Source of the DNA: a virus
Lineage: Duplodnaviria; Caudoviricetes
Strand: one strand, 5' to 3'
DNA length: 61,623 nucleotides
Virus record (IMG/VR): IMGVR_UViG_3300002219_000044
Coordinates: 1-61,623 of that record
Below the pieces are notes generated by a model, which saw nothing but the letters and a program-made list of their open reading frames with translations, did not search any database and was not told the origin of the DNA. This document shows positions 28,004-38,344 of this stretch, piece by piece (the stretch's first letter is position 1; every line of letters begins with the position of its first letter). A program made the translations under genes and the position numbers.

Positions 28004-29521
28004 TTAATATCCGACCGAAATGACATTGACAGCATTCAGGACCGTTGCACTGGCTCCGGTCAGCGCAACCTGCGAGGCCGAACACGAGCTATTCACCACT
28101 CCTACCGGCAAGGCACCCCCACCGCTGCTTGTCGTGTCACATGTCATGTCCATTAAGACGCCATTCGGGAATGTCATCGGCCGCGAAAACGTCTGAACCG
28201 TGTTCCCGGCCTCTGTCATCGAAACAATCTGCCACTGAATGATGATATTTTTCCGCTCACCGGTCGAGGCATCGCGAAACGGGATCGTCGCATAGCCTGC
28301 AGCCGCGGTACTGCCAGCCCCAAGCAGTCCCGCCAGCAATGCCGCCGCCGTTGCCGCCTTAACCGCATCCGTGCCGGCCAGGATCTCAGCCGATGAGGCC
28401 AGTTCCATAATGTGACTGTTGATCAACTGATAGTTGGTCCCGTCATACGCCAGTATGATGAGCTGCCCTTCAACTATGTCCCCGGCCGCCAGCGCCGTGC
28501 CGACATTCTTTTTGATTGCAACGGCATCCATGCCGTTGATCGCTACCGTAGCCGCGCCGGTGTTTGTGTGATTCGCCTTCATTATGACCGGCATACCGGG
28601 AACATGGGCGGTGATCGCGGGAACCAGGGTCAGCACATAGGCGTTACCGCTTCCCGTTGAGGTAATGAAGAGATCGTCTACCCGCTTGGGTGCGTTTGCC
28701 ACTTCCTGCCCGTATTTGACAGCGGACAGTCCCGCATCAACAGTGCATTCCCGGACCGTGACGGTGGTGAGTTCGGTACCGCTCGAATATGTTGACGGCT
28801 CTTTTACATAGCCGTAGGCGTCCGTTGTCTGATCGAGAAAAAGCGCCCTGTTTTTCGTGTAGGTTCCCGTCTTATCGCCCGCAACGGTAAACTGCGCGTC
28901 AGACACGCGGGCGATCTCTGCGGATTCCGTCACCCACAGAGATTCTTTTGTGTTGATCGCCGTCCGGATATCGGTGTGTGCGGTTCCAGACGTGTTGTGC
29001 GTACCGATGTCGGTCCCTATCTTGGTCCGGATATCGGTGTGTGCGTCAACGGCCTCGTTGTGATCTTCTATGTCCGAGACCTTGGCAACCGTTATGTTCG
29101 GGTCAATGACCAGGCTGATCACTTCGGTGCTGGCAACCTCGAAGATCAATCGGATGATCAGCTCTTTGCCCGCGCCTTCGGTAAAAACCGGCTTGTACGT
29201 TGCCGGGAACTTTCCGACAGCAAACAGGTTCGAGGTGACGCTGATGATTCCCGCTTCCCGGATCCACCATCCGCCTTCCGTCGCCGGGACAACCAGCTCA
29301 ATTATCACCCATCCGGGATTTTCGGGATCGGTGGTGATAGAATTGATCCCCGCACGATACACCTCGTTTACCAGTGAATTCTGCCCCCTGTTCGGCTCGT
29401 AATAAGCGCCGTTGCTGTCGCCTAAAACCACATGCGTCAGATTTACGACTGTGCTCCCCGCTATGGCCTCGGCATATTCCGCCTCTCCAAGCAAAGTTAA
29501 GATATTATAAAAATCCGCCAA
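28004..29521 (-). CDS. Tail fibre protein
   Basis: LGDSNG..GGWWIREAG..YKP collar domain; C-terminal IIQW..FPN. Confidence 0.85.
   Translation of the reverse strand: MADFYNILTLLGEAEYAEAIAGSTVVNLTHVVLGDSNGAYYEPNRGQNSLVNEVYRAGINSITTDPENPGWVIIELVVPATEGGWWIREAGIISVTSNLFAVGKFPATYKPVFTEGAGKELIIRLIFEVASTEVISLVIDPNITVAKVSDIEDHNEAVDAHTDIRTKIGTDIGTHNTSGTAHTDIRTAINTKESLWVTESAEIARVSDAQFTVAGDKTGTYTKNRALFLDQTTDAYGYVKEPSTYSSGTELTTVTVRECTVDAGLSAVKYGQEVANAPKRVDDLFITSTGSGNAYVLTLVPAITAHVPGMPVIMKANHTNTGAATVAINGMDAVAIKKNVGTALAAGDIVEGQLIILAYDGTNYQLINSHIMELASSAEILAGTDAVKAATAAALLAGLLGAGSTAAAGYATIPFRDASTGERKNIIIQWQIVSMTEAGNTVQTFSRPMTFPNGVLMDMTCDTTSSGGGALPVGVVNSSCSASQVALTGASATVLNAVNVISVGY
28962..29045. repeat. 21-bp exact direct repeat in tail fibre (AHTDIRT)
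   Basis: GTCCGGATATCGGTGTGTGCG at 28962 and 29025. Confidence 0.8.
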
Positions 29522-29538
29522 TGATTTGCTCCTTTCTC

Positions 29539-30255
29539 TTACGCCGGTGGTCTGGTTTCTATCGTCTCATACGCCATAAAACCGCTGCCGAATTTCGTCC
29601 GCGTATCCCCTGCCGTAATTGCCTGCAGGGTGTACGGGTTGACGGTGATTGTTTCCTCGCTCAACTCTCCAATGACGATTCTCGGCATCCGGATGGTCGC
29701 TATCTGTGCATAGTAGCGGAACCGGTCGAATACGATATGCAGCGGCAATACCTGCATACACCGCACAATCGCCAAGGTTGCCTCCGCGTCTGATATCGGG
29801 TCCGCCGAGATGTCGATTGACAGGCACCCCCTGGAGGTCAGAAGACATTCATCCGCGCTCAATGCGCCAAGCTGATCTTCCGTGTAAAAGGCATCCCCGT
29901 AAACCGCGCCCGGAAGCATGTAGAGCGGCTTCCATTCCACATCGATTCCAAGCCGCTGTATCGTCGCCCGCAACGGAACATCGGTCTCCTTCTGCATCAA
30001 CTCCATTTTCCGCTGGGATACCAGGATCGGCCGGTTTGCCTCTGGCATATCGGACTCGAAATACCCGCCCAGCTCCACGAGGATCTTTAGCTGATCGTCC
30101 GACTCTGCCGTATAAATCGATCTCGCATTTGTCAGGCGGTCAAACGACGGGTCAAAGTTCGCCTCGACAAACTCCTGAATGGCCTCCGCAAGCTCGGTCC
30201 ATCGGGAAGTGTCTTTTTTTACGGGCGACAGCCGCTTTTTCAGCCAGTCAATCAT
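29539..30255 (-). CDS. Baseplate wedge protein, P1 gp16-like
   Basis: WLKKRLSP..W; PLHIVFD; between baseplate and fibre genes. Confidence 0.65.
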   Translation of the reverse strand: MIDWLKKRLSPVKKDTSRWTELAEAIQEFVEANFDPSFDRLTNARSIYTAESDDQLKILVELGGYFESDMPEANRPILVSQRKMELMQKETDVPLRATIQRLGIDVEWKPLYMLPGAVYGDAFYTEDQLGALSADECLLTSRGCLSIDISADPISDAEATLAIVRCMQVLPLHIVFDRFRYYAQIATIRMPRIVIGELSEETITVNPYTLQAITAGDTRTKFGSGFMAYETIETRPPA

Positions 30256-31688
30256 ATGTATTCCAACGTGATTGTGGTGGTATCCATGTCGATATGCACC
30301 ATTTCGTGCAGGTCCGTTGCCTCTGTGACGCCTGAATGGGATACTTCGAAGTAGGCCCCGGCCGCATCAAAGTAACCGGTCCCGTCGATGATGCTGTAAA
30401 AGTCCTTGACCCGGACCTCTTCCAGCCGCGAAGCTGAATCCTTGCCGTAATTCTCTGTCAGCGCCGCTATGATTGCGGCCTGTGCGTCGGCGATTACAAC
30501 GCTGCTGGCAACCTTGCCCGTAATGGTCAGGGAGAAGGTCGAAAAGGCGGGTTCAACCCATTCAAACTTGCGGTTCAGTATGGACAGCTCGTTCAGCCGT
30601 TCGAAAATCTCTTCTTCCAGGTCGGTCCGGTCCGCCGCATAGGCCGTGACGAAAATTTTATTGATGTAAAGGACGTTCGGCCCATAGGCGGCCTCCATCT
30701 CTGTCTCTCCCCACACCTTGAGCCACAGGATATCGGCAACGGCCTGCTTGATGAAAAATATGTAATCGTCCCGCCACACCAGCTTTTCGTTATAGACAGG
30801 CCAGTATTTCAGATTATTCCGGATCTCTTCTATGGGTTCGGCGTCCTGCCCGTCCGTGACGGCCTCGGTGGCGGTGATAGTCAGGTCCGCAACCTGCCCG
30901 GCCATGTCCAGAACCTCGCCCACCAGGGCAAGCTGTTGCCCTTCCGCAAGAGACGTGTCGCCGTCCGTGAGTTCCAGGATGATCTTCACCAGAGCGCCGA
31001 CCGGCAAGACTTCGCCGACATATTCGTTTCCAAACCGGATGCCCGTCTGGCCGGTATGCGCGTAAAATTCGTCGTAAACCTGATCGCCCGGGTAGGCGTT
31101 CTGGAACAGCCTCGAATACGCCCACAGCTCGTATCCGAGACCGCCGTTGACATTCACATAGACCGTAAAATTACAGATCTTTGCCGCCTGTTCGGCCGTC
31201 AGTTCTCCGCTCAGGTCTTCGTCGAACACGATTTCATAAAACGCCTTCTCTTCGGTTACGGTATGGACCGCTTCAAGCCGGGTTTTCTGAATAAATTCGA
31301 CCGCGGCCGTTACGCCTGCAGCAATCAAGAGCGCCCGGTCCGTCACATAGTCCAGGTCCGCATCCGATGAAAGCGCCTGTCCGGAAGGCAGGGAAACCGC
31401 GACCGTCCCGTTGTTCTTGATCGTCCCGGCCCCGGATGCCGGCGTTTTTTTGCGGGGCAGGTAGGCCCTGTCTTCGGCGTGTGCTCGGATGCTCGATGCG
31501 TTCAGCGCCGTGGACAGAAAATATTCCTGGTAGGTCCGTTCGATCTTCCAGAGCGCTTCCCGCAACACCCAGCTCATGAATACGGCCAGGTGATTGAGGA
31601 ACTGCGACTTTGCGAGTATCTTCCATGCCGTTTTGACCGAAAGAATGTCCCTGAACTTCTGAATCGCTGCTTCTTTTGTTATGATCAC
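30252..31688 (-). CDS. Baseplate wedge protein, BplA/J-like
   Basis: FLSTALNASSI, IRFGN, G.DAEPIEEIR, LVWRDDY. Confidence 0.8.
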   Translation of the reverse strand: MIITKEAAIQKFRDILSVKTAWKILAKSQFLNHLAVFMSWVLREALWKIERTYQEYFLSTALNASSIRAHAEDRAYLPRKKTPASGAGTIKNNGTVAVSLPSGQALSSDADLDYVTDRALLIAAGVTAAVEFIQKTRLEAVHTVTEEKAFYEIVFDEDLSGELTAEQAAKICNFTVYVNVNGGLGYELWAYSRLFQNAYPGDQVYDEFYAHTGQTGIRFGNEYVGEVLPVGALVKIILELTDGDTSLAEGQQLALVGEVLDMAGQVADLTITATEAVTDGQDAEPIEEIRNNLKYWPVYNEKLVWRDDYIFFIKQAVADILWLKVWGETEMEAAYGPNVLYINKIFVTAYAADRTDLEEEIFERLNELSILNRKFEWVEPAFSTFSLTITGKVASSVVIADAQAAIIAALTENYGKDSASRLEEVRVKDFYSIIDGTGYFDAAGAYFEVSHSGVTEATDLHEMVHIDMDTTTITLEYI

Positions 31689-32038
31689 AGGCCTATCCTA
31701 TCTTCGAATGCGCCAAGGCGATGGTTGATTGAAACCTTGCACAGGTCGATTTCCTCGAACTCAACCCTGACGCCGGAAATAACCAGATTGTCTATGTCCT
31801 GCGGCATTTTCCGGGTAATGCTCATCTCAACCATGACCTCAAGATTGACTCCCTGGGGTTCGTGCTTCATCGCGCTCAGGTTATGCCCCCACGCCGGAAG
31901 GTCCGCCAGGGTTCCCTGCGGAGTTTCCAGCCATTCGCGTATGCGCTCCTGCAGCGCGTCGTCATCGTCGTATTTCTTGACCTCTGTGCTCGGATTCAGG
32001 CCTATCAGGCGATCGATCTCTTCAATGTACGTTCCCAT
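31685..32038 (-). CDS. T4 gp25-like baseplate protein (PmgA-like)
   Basis: EWLETPQG...PAWG. Confidence 0.7.
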   Translation of the reverse strand: MGTYIEEIDRLIGLNPSTEVKKYDDDDALQERIREWLETPQGTLADLPAWGHNLSAMKHEPQGVNLEVMVEMSITRKMPQDIDNLVISGVRVEFEEIDLCKVSINHRLGAFEDRIGL

Positions 32039-32040
32039 AG

Positions 32041-34446
32041 TCATATCCTGTCATAAGCCATGAGGGTCAGCATGGTGTCGTCAAATTCGGTCGGTATCTG
32101 TTGAGAGGCCGCGCCCTTCTTGTCTTTCCCCTGCATCTTGGAAACCGTTGCATTCAGGCTTTCGACGGCTTTCAGCATTGCAGCCGCCGTATTGTCCGAT
32201 CCTTGTGCGGGGCTGGCCGCCGCTTGCTTCCCGGCCAGCGCAAAGCTGTTCCCTGACGGGATCGCGGCCGTCATGCGCTCCGGTACGGCCGGTTTTATTA
32301 CGGGTTCCCCTCCGGCTGTCTGAATCGGCGTTTCTTCGGCCTGTGCGGTTTCGGCCAGAACGATCTGCCTTCTTGTTTTCTTTTTTTTGCCGGCTGTCTC
32401 TGCCGGTTTAACGGGTTCCGTCGCCGTTGCAACCGGCGCCGTCTGTGAAACCTGCCGGGATTCGGAAGTTATCGGAGCGGTAGCAGGTTGACCGGCGGCC
32501 GTTTCCACCGGTTTGATGCCCGGTTCCGGTGCTGCCGCAACTTGCGCCTGCGTTCCGGCTTGCTGCTTTTTCTGCTTGTCGATTCGGTCAACCGCCAGAA
32601 GGAATTCTTTTTCTTCCTGAATTCTTTTGGCCACGCCGGCCTGCACCTTGGGAGACGAATTCCGGAAATCCAACTTGTTGCGTTGCGCCTTGAAATCCTG
32701 CACGGCCGAAATGATATCCGCCTCGGACATCGCCGCAACGTCCCTGCCTTTCAGCGCCCTTTCGATCACATTGCTGTTCGCGCCGTACTGGTTTGCCGTG
32801 GAAAGCACCATCTCCTGTACGGCCTTGCCCTTGCCGGACAGATCCATGCCGGCGTCGGCCAGCTTTTTCATCATCGGCGCATACTTGGTGGCGAGGGTGT
32901 ACTGCTTTTGGGCTTTGGCGAATTCCGGATCCTGTTCGGCCGTGGACTTCCATTTTTCATCAAACTCTTTTGACCCGACCTTGAGGCCCGAAAACTGAGA
33001 CGCGTACCCTGATTGATTCAGGAACCGCTCTACCTCTCCGAGCTTTGAGGCCAGTTGATAGGTTCCGTAAGACTTGCCGCCCCGGTCGCCTTCCCCTGAG
33101 CTGATCGTCCCGGCCCTTTGCGCCAGGGTCTTTTTGCCCCGCCCGCTTTCAAATGATGCCGCGGCATCGTCCTTGTGCGTCCAGTCGTAAACCTGCCCGC
33201 CGATGCTCCAGCCCTTTTTACCGGTAACCTTTTCTCCGACCTTGCTGATACCCTTGTCTATTGCCGTTCCAATCCCAACGCCGACCGCCGCTGCCGTCGC
33301 CACGGCTGCCGCCGGAAGCAACGTTTTGGCCGCCGCCATAGCCCCACTGGCCAGCATTCCAGCGCCAGCCTTAACCTTGCCGCCAATGTTTCTAAACGGC
33401 CCGGAAACCTTGTCCTTTACGGATTTGAGGGCGGATCCGCTTTTTCCGCCCGGTTCGGTTTCTCCGCCGCCGCCATTGATGGCATCGATCAGCTCTTTAT
33501 GGCGTTTCTTGTCTTCCTTTTCGACGGCCGCTATCGCCTCTGCCGCCGTCTCTTCGTCTTCATCCTCATCTTCGGACCGACGGCCAAATTTGCCGGCAAC
33601 CTTTCCCAGTATCCCGTCTTCGCCCGTCGCATCGACCAGCGCTTCTTTCATCTCAATGGCGGCCTCGTACACCGCCCCGCCGACGGCCGTTCCTGCCGCG
33701 CCTTCAATCGCTCCCGGTTCGCCCCCGCTGCGGCCTCCGCCCCCGGTAACCGTATCGAAACCGTCTTTCAGGGATTGCAGCACTGACTTCTTTTCGGCCT
33801 CTTCGCGTTGCTTTTCCCGGGCTTCCTGCGACTTGCTCTTTCCGATGAACCGGCCGCTTGCGTCCCGCTTGTTATTTCCTTCGGATTCCGCCAGCTCAAC
33901 GCCGGCCGGTTTTCGCCGTGCTCGAGTTGCGCGTTTGACCGGTTCCGTTTCTCCTTGAGATAAGATCTCTTCGGTCTCGGCTGCCGCATCCCGCCGCTTT
34001 CGCTTTCCTTCGGGTGCCGGCTTCTTTCCGGGCTTTACAACCTTGATCGGGTCCGTAATGACGCTATCCTCGGCGTCCGCAATAATGCTACGGCTTCCGG
34101 CTTCCTTGGATTCAGCGACCCGGGCCCGGCGCCGGCCTGCCGGTTTCTTCGAAGTTTTTTCTTTAATCGCCGCCGCGGCTCTCGGCATCGACGCATACTT
34201 GGGGATATTGTACTTTGCAGCGGTAGCGGCCTTCGGGCTTTTCGGATTTGCCGGACCCGGAAGGGCAGACTTCTGCAGGCCAGCCGTGTTTTTCTCGATC
34301 CGCTTCAATAGAGGGATGACCGCCTTGGCTTCGGTCTCTTCAATCTTCTTGAGGACATCATAGAAGGCAACCATCGCCTTGCCGCTGTCTCTGCCTGCAA
34401 GCGACGTAACGGAACCAGTTGCGGTTTTTTTGCCTTCTTCGGTCAT
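32041..34446 (-). CDS. Tape measure protein with lysozyme-like domain (Sit-like)
   Basis: Ala/Lys/Gly-rich; FESG..GDRGGKSYGTYQL; gene order. Confidence 0.7.
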   Translation of the reverse strand: MTEEGKKTATGSVTSLAGRDSGKAMVAFYDVLKKIEETEAKAVIPLLKRIEKNTAGLQKSALPGPANPKSPKAATAAKYNIPKYASMPRAAAAIKEKTSKKPAGRRRARVAESKEAGSRSIIADAEDSVITDPIKVVKPGKKPAPEGKRKRRDAAAETEEILSQGETEPVKRATRARRKPAGVELAESEGNNKRDASGRFIGKSKSQEAREKQREEAEKKSVLQSLKDGFDTVTGGGGRSGGEPGAIEGAAGTAVGGAVYEAAIEMKEALVDATGEDGILGKVAGKFGRRSEDEDEDEETAAEAIAAVEKEDKKRHKELIDAINGGGGETEPGGKSGSALKSVKDKVSGPFRNIGGKVKAGAGMLASGAMAAAKTLLPAAAVATAAAVGVGIGTAIDKGISKVGEKVTGKKGWSIGGQVYDWTHKDDAAASFESGRGKKTLAQRAGTISSGEGDRGGKSYGTYQLASKLGEVERFLNQSGYASQFSGLKVGSKEFDEKWKSTAEQDPEFAKAQKQYTLATKYAPMMKKLADAGMDLSGKGKAVQEMVLSTANQYGANSNVIERALKGRDVAAMSEADIISAVQDFKAQRNKLDFRNSSPKVQAGVAKRIQEEKEFLLAVDRIDKQKKQQAGTQAQVAAAPEPGIKPVETAAGQPATAPITSESRQVSQTAPVATATEPVKPAETAGKKKKTRRQIVLAETAQAEETPIQTAGGEPVIKPAVPERMTAAIPSGNSFALAGKQAAASPAQGSDNTAAAMLKAVESLNATVSKMQGKDKKGAASQQIPTEFDDTMLTLMAYDRI

Positions 34447-34587
34447 CCTCAAGCCCTTTTCTTCAATTTGCGTTTCAGCGCATCGTGCAGGGTGATTACC
34501 TGCCCGGCCGGCGTCCGTCTCAATCCATCAATCGTTTGCCCGCCATACAGGCACAGATTTTCAACAATGACGTTCCAGGACCATTCG

Positions 34588-35322
34588 CTATAAACCTGGA
34601 ATGTAGTCGTTATTCCGAAAGGGATAGCGCAAGCGCGTCTTTGCCCCCTCCTTTGCCGGGCAGTCGTGAGCGGGTATAAGCAGGTAAAACCGGCCGTCTT
34701 CGTATTCGCCGTCCAGACCGTGCTTCATTTCGGCCCGCATTCCGGTTGCCAGCTCGGCGAACTCGGCAAACTCATCCAGGGACATCGCCACGATCCGCTG
34801 GTGCGTCTCTTTCCGGTTCTTTCCGCCAAACGCCACGCTCAGGATCAGACTTTCGATCCGCATTGAGGCCAGCCCCTTCCCCAAAAGGTCAACGTCCGTC
34901 TTCATGCGTTCCAGGGCTTCGAGGTTTGCGCCGGTCAACGGTTTCACGGTGAACTTTTCACCCCGCCAGTTGCCGGACCGTTCGGCCGGACCGTCAATCG
35001 GCGTGTACGCTTCGGCCAGCTTCCTGAAATCCTGCAGGCAGGTATGACTTTCGCCGCAATGATCGCACTGGTAGGTCAGGGCGACATCATGATCCTTGGC
35101 CGTATGCAGCCAATACCAGTAGAGGGCAAAGCGCCGGTCTTCCCCCGTCCATTTCTTCGGATCGTGAACGGCGCCCTCCTGCATTCGCGTCAAAAAAAGC
35201 GTCGCCAATTCTTCTTCGTGCCGTTCGTCCACGTCCGCAAAGTCAATCGCGTCGGCAACCGTCGCCTCTCTCAGGCTGACCTGAATGCTCGGATTCGACG
35301 GCAAGGTAAATGGTGTTATCAA
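34588..35322 (-). CDS. Baseplate hub/tail chaperone, PmgB-like
   Basis: LPSNP, CDHC; directly upstream of tape measure gene. Confidence 0.65.
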   Translation of the reverse strand: MITPFTLPSNPSIQVSLREATVADAIDFADVDERHEEELATLFLTRMQEGAVHDPKKWTGEDRRFALYWYWLHTAKDHDVALTYQCDHCGESHTCLQDFRKLAEAYTPIDGPAERSGNWRGEKFTVKPLTGANLEALERMKTDVDLLGKGLASMRIESLILSVAFGGKNRKETHQRIVAMSLDEFAEFAELATGMRAEMKHGLDGEYEDGRFYLLIPAHDCPAKEGAKTRLRYPFRNNDYIPGL

Positions 35323-35823
35323 CTATTCCCCCCATGATCTGAATTGAATGAAAGATATCGGAAATTCCGCAAACCCTTCCGCATCCACCGCCTCGGTGAT
35401 ATCGCCCATCCGGATCGGAAACATGAACCAGGTATCCTGGACTTCATCCGTTGCCAGGTTGACCCGTTCCACTTTTTTGACGTATTCGGATATCAGGTTG
35501 ACCGTCCCGTCATCGTTGACCATCTGCCCGCACCATGCGGCAAACCAGTCATAAATGCGTCTGTCCTGGTTGTCCCGCATCGTCATTGCCAGACCGACCG
35601 CCCCCGTGCCGGTCGGAAAGGTCAATGTCTGCATTCCGGCCTTGAAGGGTTCGGTTTCGATCTCAATGGGACCGAAAGATATGTCCTTGACGTAGATTTC
35701 GAAGTCTTCGGGCGTCGCCGGGTCATCGATGTCAAGGCGGAACTGCCAGCCTTCCTGAAAGTGCGTCTGCACCAGGCTTCGGACCATCAACCGGCGATAA
35801 TTAAGATCTTCGACGTAAGACAT
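35323..35823 (-). CDS. Tail tube-like protein
   Basis: Tube-fold pattern (W.F..MTMRD..IYDWF..FP). Confidence 0.55.
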   Translation of the reverse strand: MSYVEDLNYRRLMVRSLVQTHFQEGWQFRLDIDDPATPEDFEIYVKDISFGPIEIETEPFKAGMQTLTFPTGTGAVGLAMTMRDNQDRRIYDWFAAWCGQMVNDDGTVNLISEYVKKVERVNLATDEVQDTWFMFPIRMGDITEAVDAEGFAEFPISFIQFRSWGE

Positions 35824-35824
35824 A

Positions 35825-36370
35825 TCAATACACCGTCATCATGGGCAAAAGAGCCTGCGCTTCTTCCATGGCAAGCTCGATCGCCTCTTTTCTGGCTCTC
35901 AGCTCTTCGCCGGAAGGAAATTCGGTCTGCACTCCGGTAGCAAGCGCAATCTGCCGCGCCCGGTTCGTGTTGGGAATGTCTATCAGGGCTTCCAGGTAAT
36001 CGCGTAGCAGGCCTATTGACTCATCCGGCAAGGCTCCCGCGGCCGGGTCAATGCCGGACAGATCGGCAAAATACGACACCGAATACGGCTTGACGCTTTT
36101 CAGGAGGGATTCAACCACGGAAATGGATTCCGCGCTTACCTCCCATTGGTGCCAGCGGCCTTCCGCATCCGCAACCGAGATCACTTCAAGAAGGTCCGCC
36201 GGCCGCGCCATTTCGGCCGCGTCGGCGGACATCTGCACGGTTCGCACAACGCCAGCCTTGTCCTGGTAGGCCCGGATAGCCTGTTTCAGGAGTATTGCCA
36301 GCTTGGCAGGCTCGACATACACGACCTGAAACAAGGCCTTGACTTCATCAAGCAGCTCATTCGGCGTCAT
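35825..36370 (-). CDS. Head-tail adaptor, PmgC-like
   Basis: MTPNELL..LLKQAIRAYQDKAG; gene order. Confidence 0.55.
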   Translation of the reverse strand: MTPNELLDEVKALFQVVYVEPAKLAILLKQAIRAYQDKAGVVRTVQMSADAAEMARPADLLEVISVADAEGRWHQWEVSAESISVVESLLKSVKPYSVSYFADLSGIDPAAGALPDESIGLLRDYLEALIDIPNTNRARQIALATGVQTEFPSGEELRARKEAIELAMEEAQALLPMMTVY

Positions 36371-36376
36371 TGGTGA

Positions 36377-36910
36377 TTAATCTTCCCACGCAAGCGTTTC
36401 TTCCTCTTCGTCACCCGGCCAGTTGATCCAGTTTGCGTGAATCGTACCCGTGGGCTTTACCAGCACCGTGGTATCTTCGACCGACAGATCAATGCCGTCG
36501 ATCTCAATCCAACAGTCTTCCAGGGTAAAGGATCCGGGATCCGTTGACTCGGGCTGGCTTTCCGACACCAAGGCCAGATTGATTCGCAGGTACCGCTTGT
36601 TTTTCACCCAATCCCGGAGCGCCGCCAGAGCCTTTCCGGAAATGACCTCTTTGAAAGTGATCGTGATATCTTGGGCGTTCATGATGTTCCCCTGTTGCTG
36701 GAACATGACGCCATGCGGTCCCTTGGTTTCGATCATTTCCCGCTTGAGGCCCGGAAGCTGAGTTGCCTGAACGAGGTACTCCAGATTCGGATAGCGCTCG
36801 ATCACCATCCGGAAATCGTCGCCCTTGGCCCCTTCGCCCAGGGACACCATCTTCTTGTACGACCCTTTCACGAGCGGGACGTTTTGGTTCACGTTAGATA
36901 TGTTTGCCAT
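36377..36910 (-). CDS. Major tail tube protein
   Basis: LVQATQLP..REMIETKGPHG; sheath operon. Confidence 0.7.
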   Translation of the reverse strand: MANISNVNQNVPLVKGSYKKMVSLGEGAKGDDFRMVIERYPNLEYLVQATQLPGLKREMIETKGPHGVMFQQQGNIMNAQDITITFKEVISGKALAALRDWVKNKRYLRINLALVSESQPESTDPGSFTLEDCWIEIDGIDLSVEDTTVLVKPTGTIHANWINWPGDEEEETLAWED

Positions 36911-36937
36911 ATCCTGTTATCCTTTCTCTTGGCCTGA

Positions 36938-37651
36938 TTACGGCCAGGTTTGCCTGATGTTATCCCGGTTGAGCATGACCTTGGTGGCGATGGTCAGTGT
37001 GACCTCTGCCCTTACCAGATCCCCGTCTTTGGTCCGTTCCTTGTCCAGTGGGACCGACATGCTTTCTATGACGCAATTCGGAATCAGCATGGTCCGGCCT
37101 ATGTTGAGCATGACCGGCTGCGGGATTCGCCCGCCCGGCATGAGGCTCTTGGCCGTGGACTTTAGCACCTCCATGTACTGCTCTACCGCCGATTCCGTCC
37201 CGTCCAGATCCGGCTCTCCGGCCTCGACGTTCGGTCCCATCATCGCCTCCAATTCTCTCAGCGGGTACATGACTTCCTGCTTCGCATTGCTCAACGCATA
37301 AAACAGGAGCGTCAGATTGAACTCGCTCGGCGCGTTCCCCTCCCAAATCTGCGTAGAGGAAAACGTCGATATGGAGGTCCGGCTTGTGTGCGCCTGGACG
37401 ATCCCGGCCGTTTTTTCGAACTTCCCGCCGACATTGCTTTGCTCGAACGGGCTACTCCATTTGGATTGGAGGGACCGCGCCGTCCCGGGGCCGATCAGAC
37501 CGACCACGCAAGTGCTGATTTTGCCGTCCCAGTCCGGCTGCGCTATCCACGCCTTGAGGTACGGGCTTACCTTCGTGTCGGCGTTCCCGTACACCTGCAG
37601 GCTCTCAGAATTGCCTTGGGCGGTCTGTTTCTCGGCTTCGGTCAGGGCCAC
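36938..37651 (-). CDS. Baseplate/tube initiator protein
   Basis: WSSPF, QIWEG..P..F.L motifs. Confidence 0.55.
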   Translation of the reverse strand: MALTEAEKQTAQGNSESLQVYGNADTKVSPYLKAWIAQPDWDGKISTCVVGLIGPGTARSLQSKWSSPFEQSNVGGKFEKTAGIVQAHTSRTSISTFSSTQIWEGNAPSEFNLTLLFYALSNAKQEVMYPLRELEAMMGPNVEAGEPDLDGTESAVEQYMEVLKSTAKSLMPGGRIPQPVMLNIGRTMLIPNCVIESMSVPLDKERTKDGDLVRAEVTLTIATKVMLNRDNIRQTWP

Positions 37652-37655
37652 TTAA

Positions 37656-38309
37656 TTACATGCCCCGTTTTTTTCTCAGCTTCATGGACTTTTTACGGGC
37701 CAGCTTTGCCGCACCGGTAAAAGCCTTTCTTCGGGCTTTTTTGAGGCCGGCCTTTTGCGCTGCAGACAGCTTGACTCTCCGAGTGCGTTTCTTTTTCAGC
37801 ACGATCTTGCCGCCGCGGATAACCTTGATGGTCGATTCAAGGACCGGCTCTTCGTTGAGTGCGTAATTGCTGATGATCTCATCGTCTTCGGCTTCGATCT
37901 CATCCATTTTCCCGGCCAGGAAGCCGCCGATCTTCTCACCTTCGTCATCGTCTTCATCGTCAATGAAGGTCTGCACATTGCCGGCGTCTGCGCCCAGTGC
38001 AACAAGCGCCTCTCCGACCTCGGCCAGCAGCTCGTTGTAAAAGTCTTCTTCGTCTTCGGTCAGCTCATCGTCGCCGTCCAGATCCGCAATAACGGTAACG
38101 GAATCCAGGAGCGCCCCGGCCGAATAGTCGCCGTTCTCGATCCACGCCAGAGCGCAGGCCATGCCCTGAGACCGTAACTGAGTGCCAGCAAACCCGCCGA
38201 CAGCGCCGGCGCTTGCAGCTTCCTCGAAAATTTTCTGATCTTTTCCGCCGGCCGCTTCCAAAACCATGCCGCCAAAGATTGCTTCCGCTTCTTGATCGCC
38301 AAAAATCAT
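37656..38309 (-). CDS. Prohead core-like protein (PmgG / T4 gp68-like tail)
   Basis: Very acidic body, basic tail ARRKA..ARKKSMKLRKKRGM. Confidence 0.6.
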   Translation of the reverse strand: MIFGDQEAEAIFGGMVLEAAGGKDQKIFEEAASAGAVGGFAGTQLRSQGMACALAWIENGDYSAGALLDSVTVIADLDGDDELTEDEEDFYNELLAEVGEALVALGADAGNVQTFIDDEDDDEGEKIGGFLAGKMDEIEAEDDEIISNYALNEEPVLESTIKVIRGGKIVLKKKRTRRVKLSAAQKAGLKKARRKAFTGAAKLARKKSMKLRKKRGM

Positions 38310-38344
38310 TTCTCTATTCTCCTGGTTGTTGATTGCTCGGGTTG

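Noticed and set aside
27457-29521. Invertible tail fibre segment or diversity-generating retroelement
   Set aside because: No recombinase, inverted fibre copy, reverse transcriptase or template repeat seen
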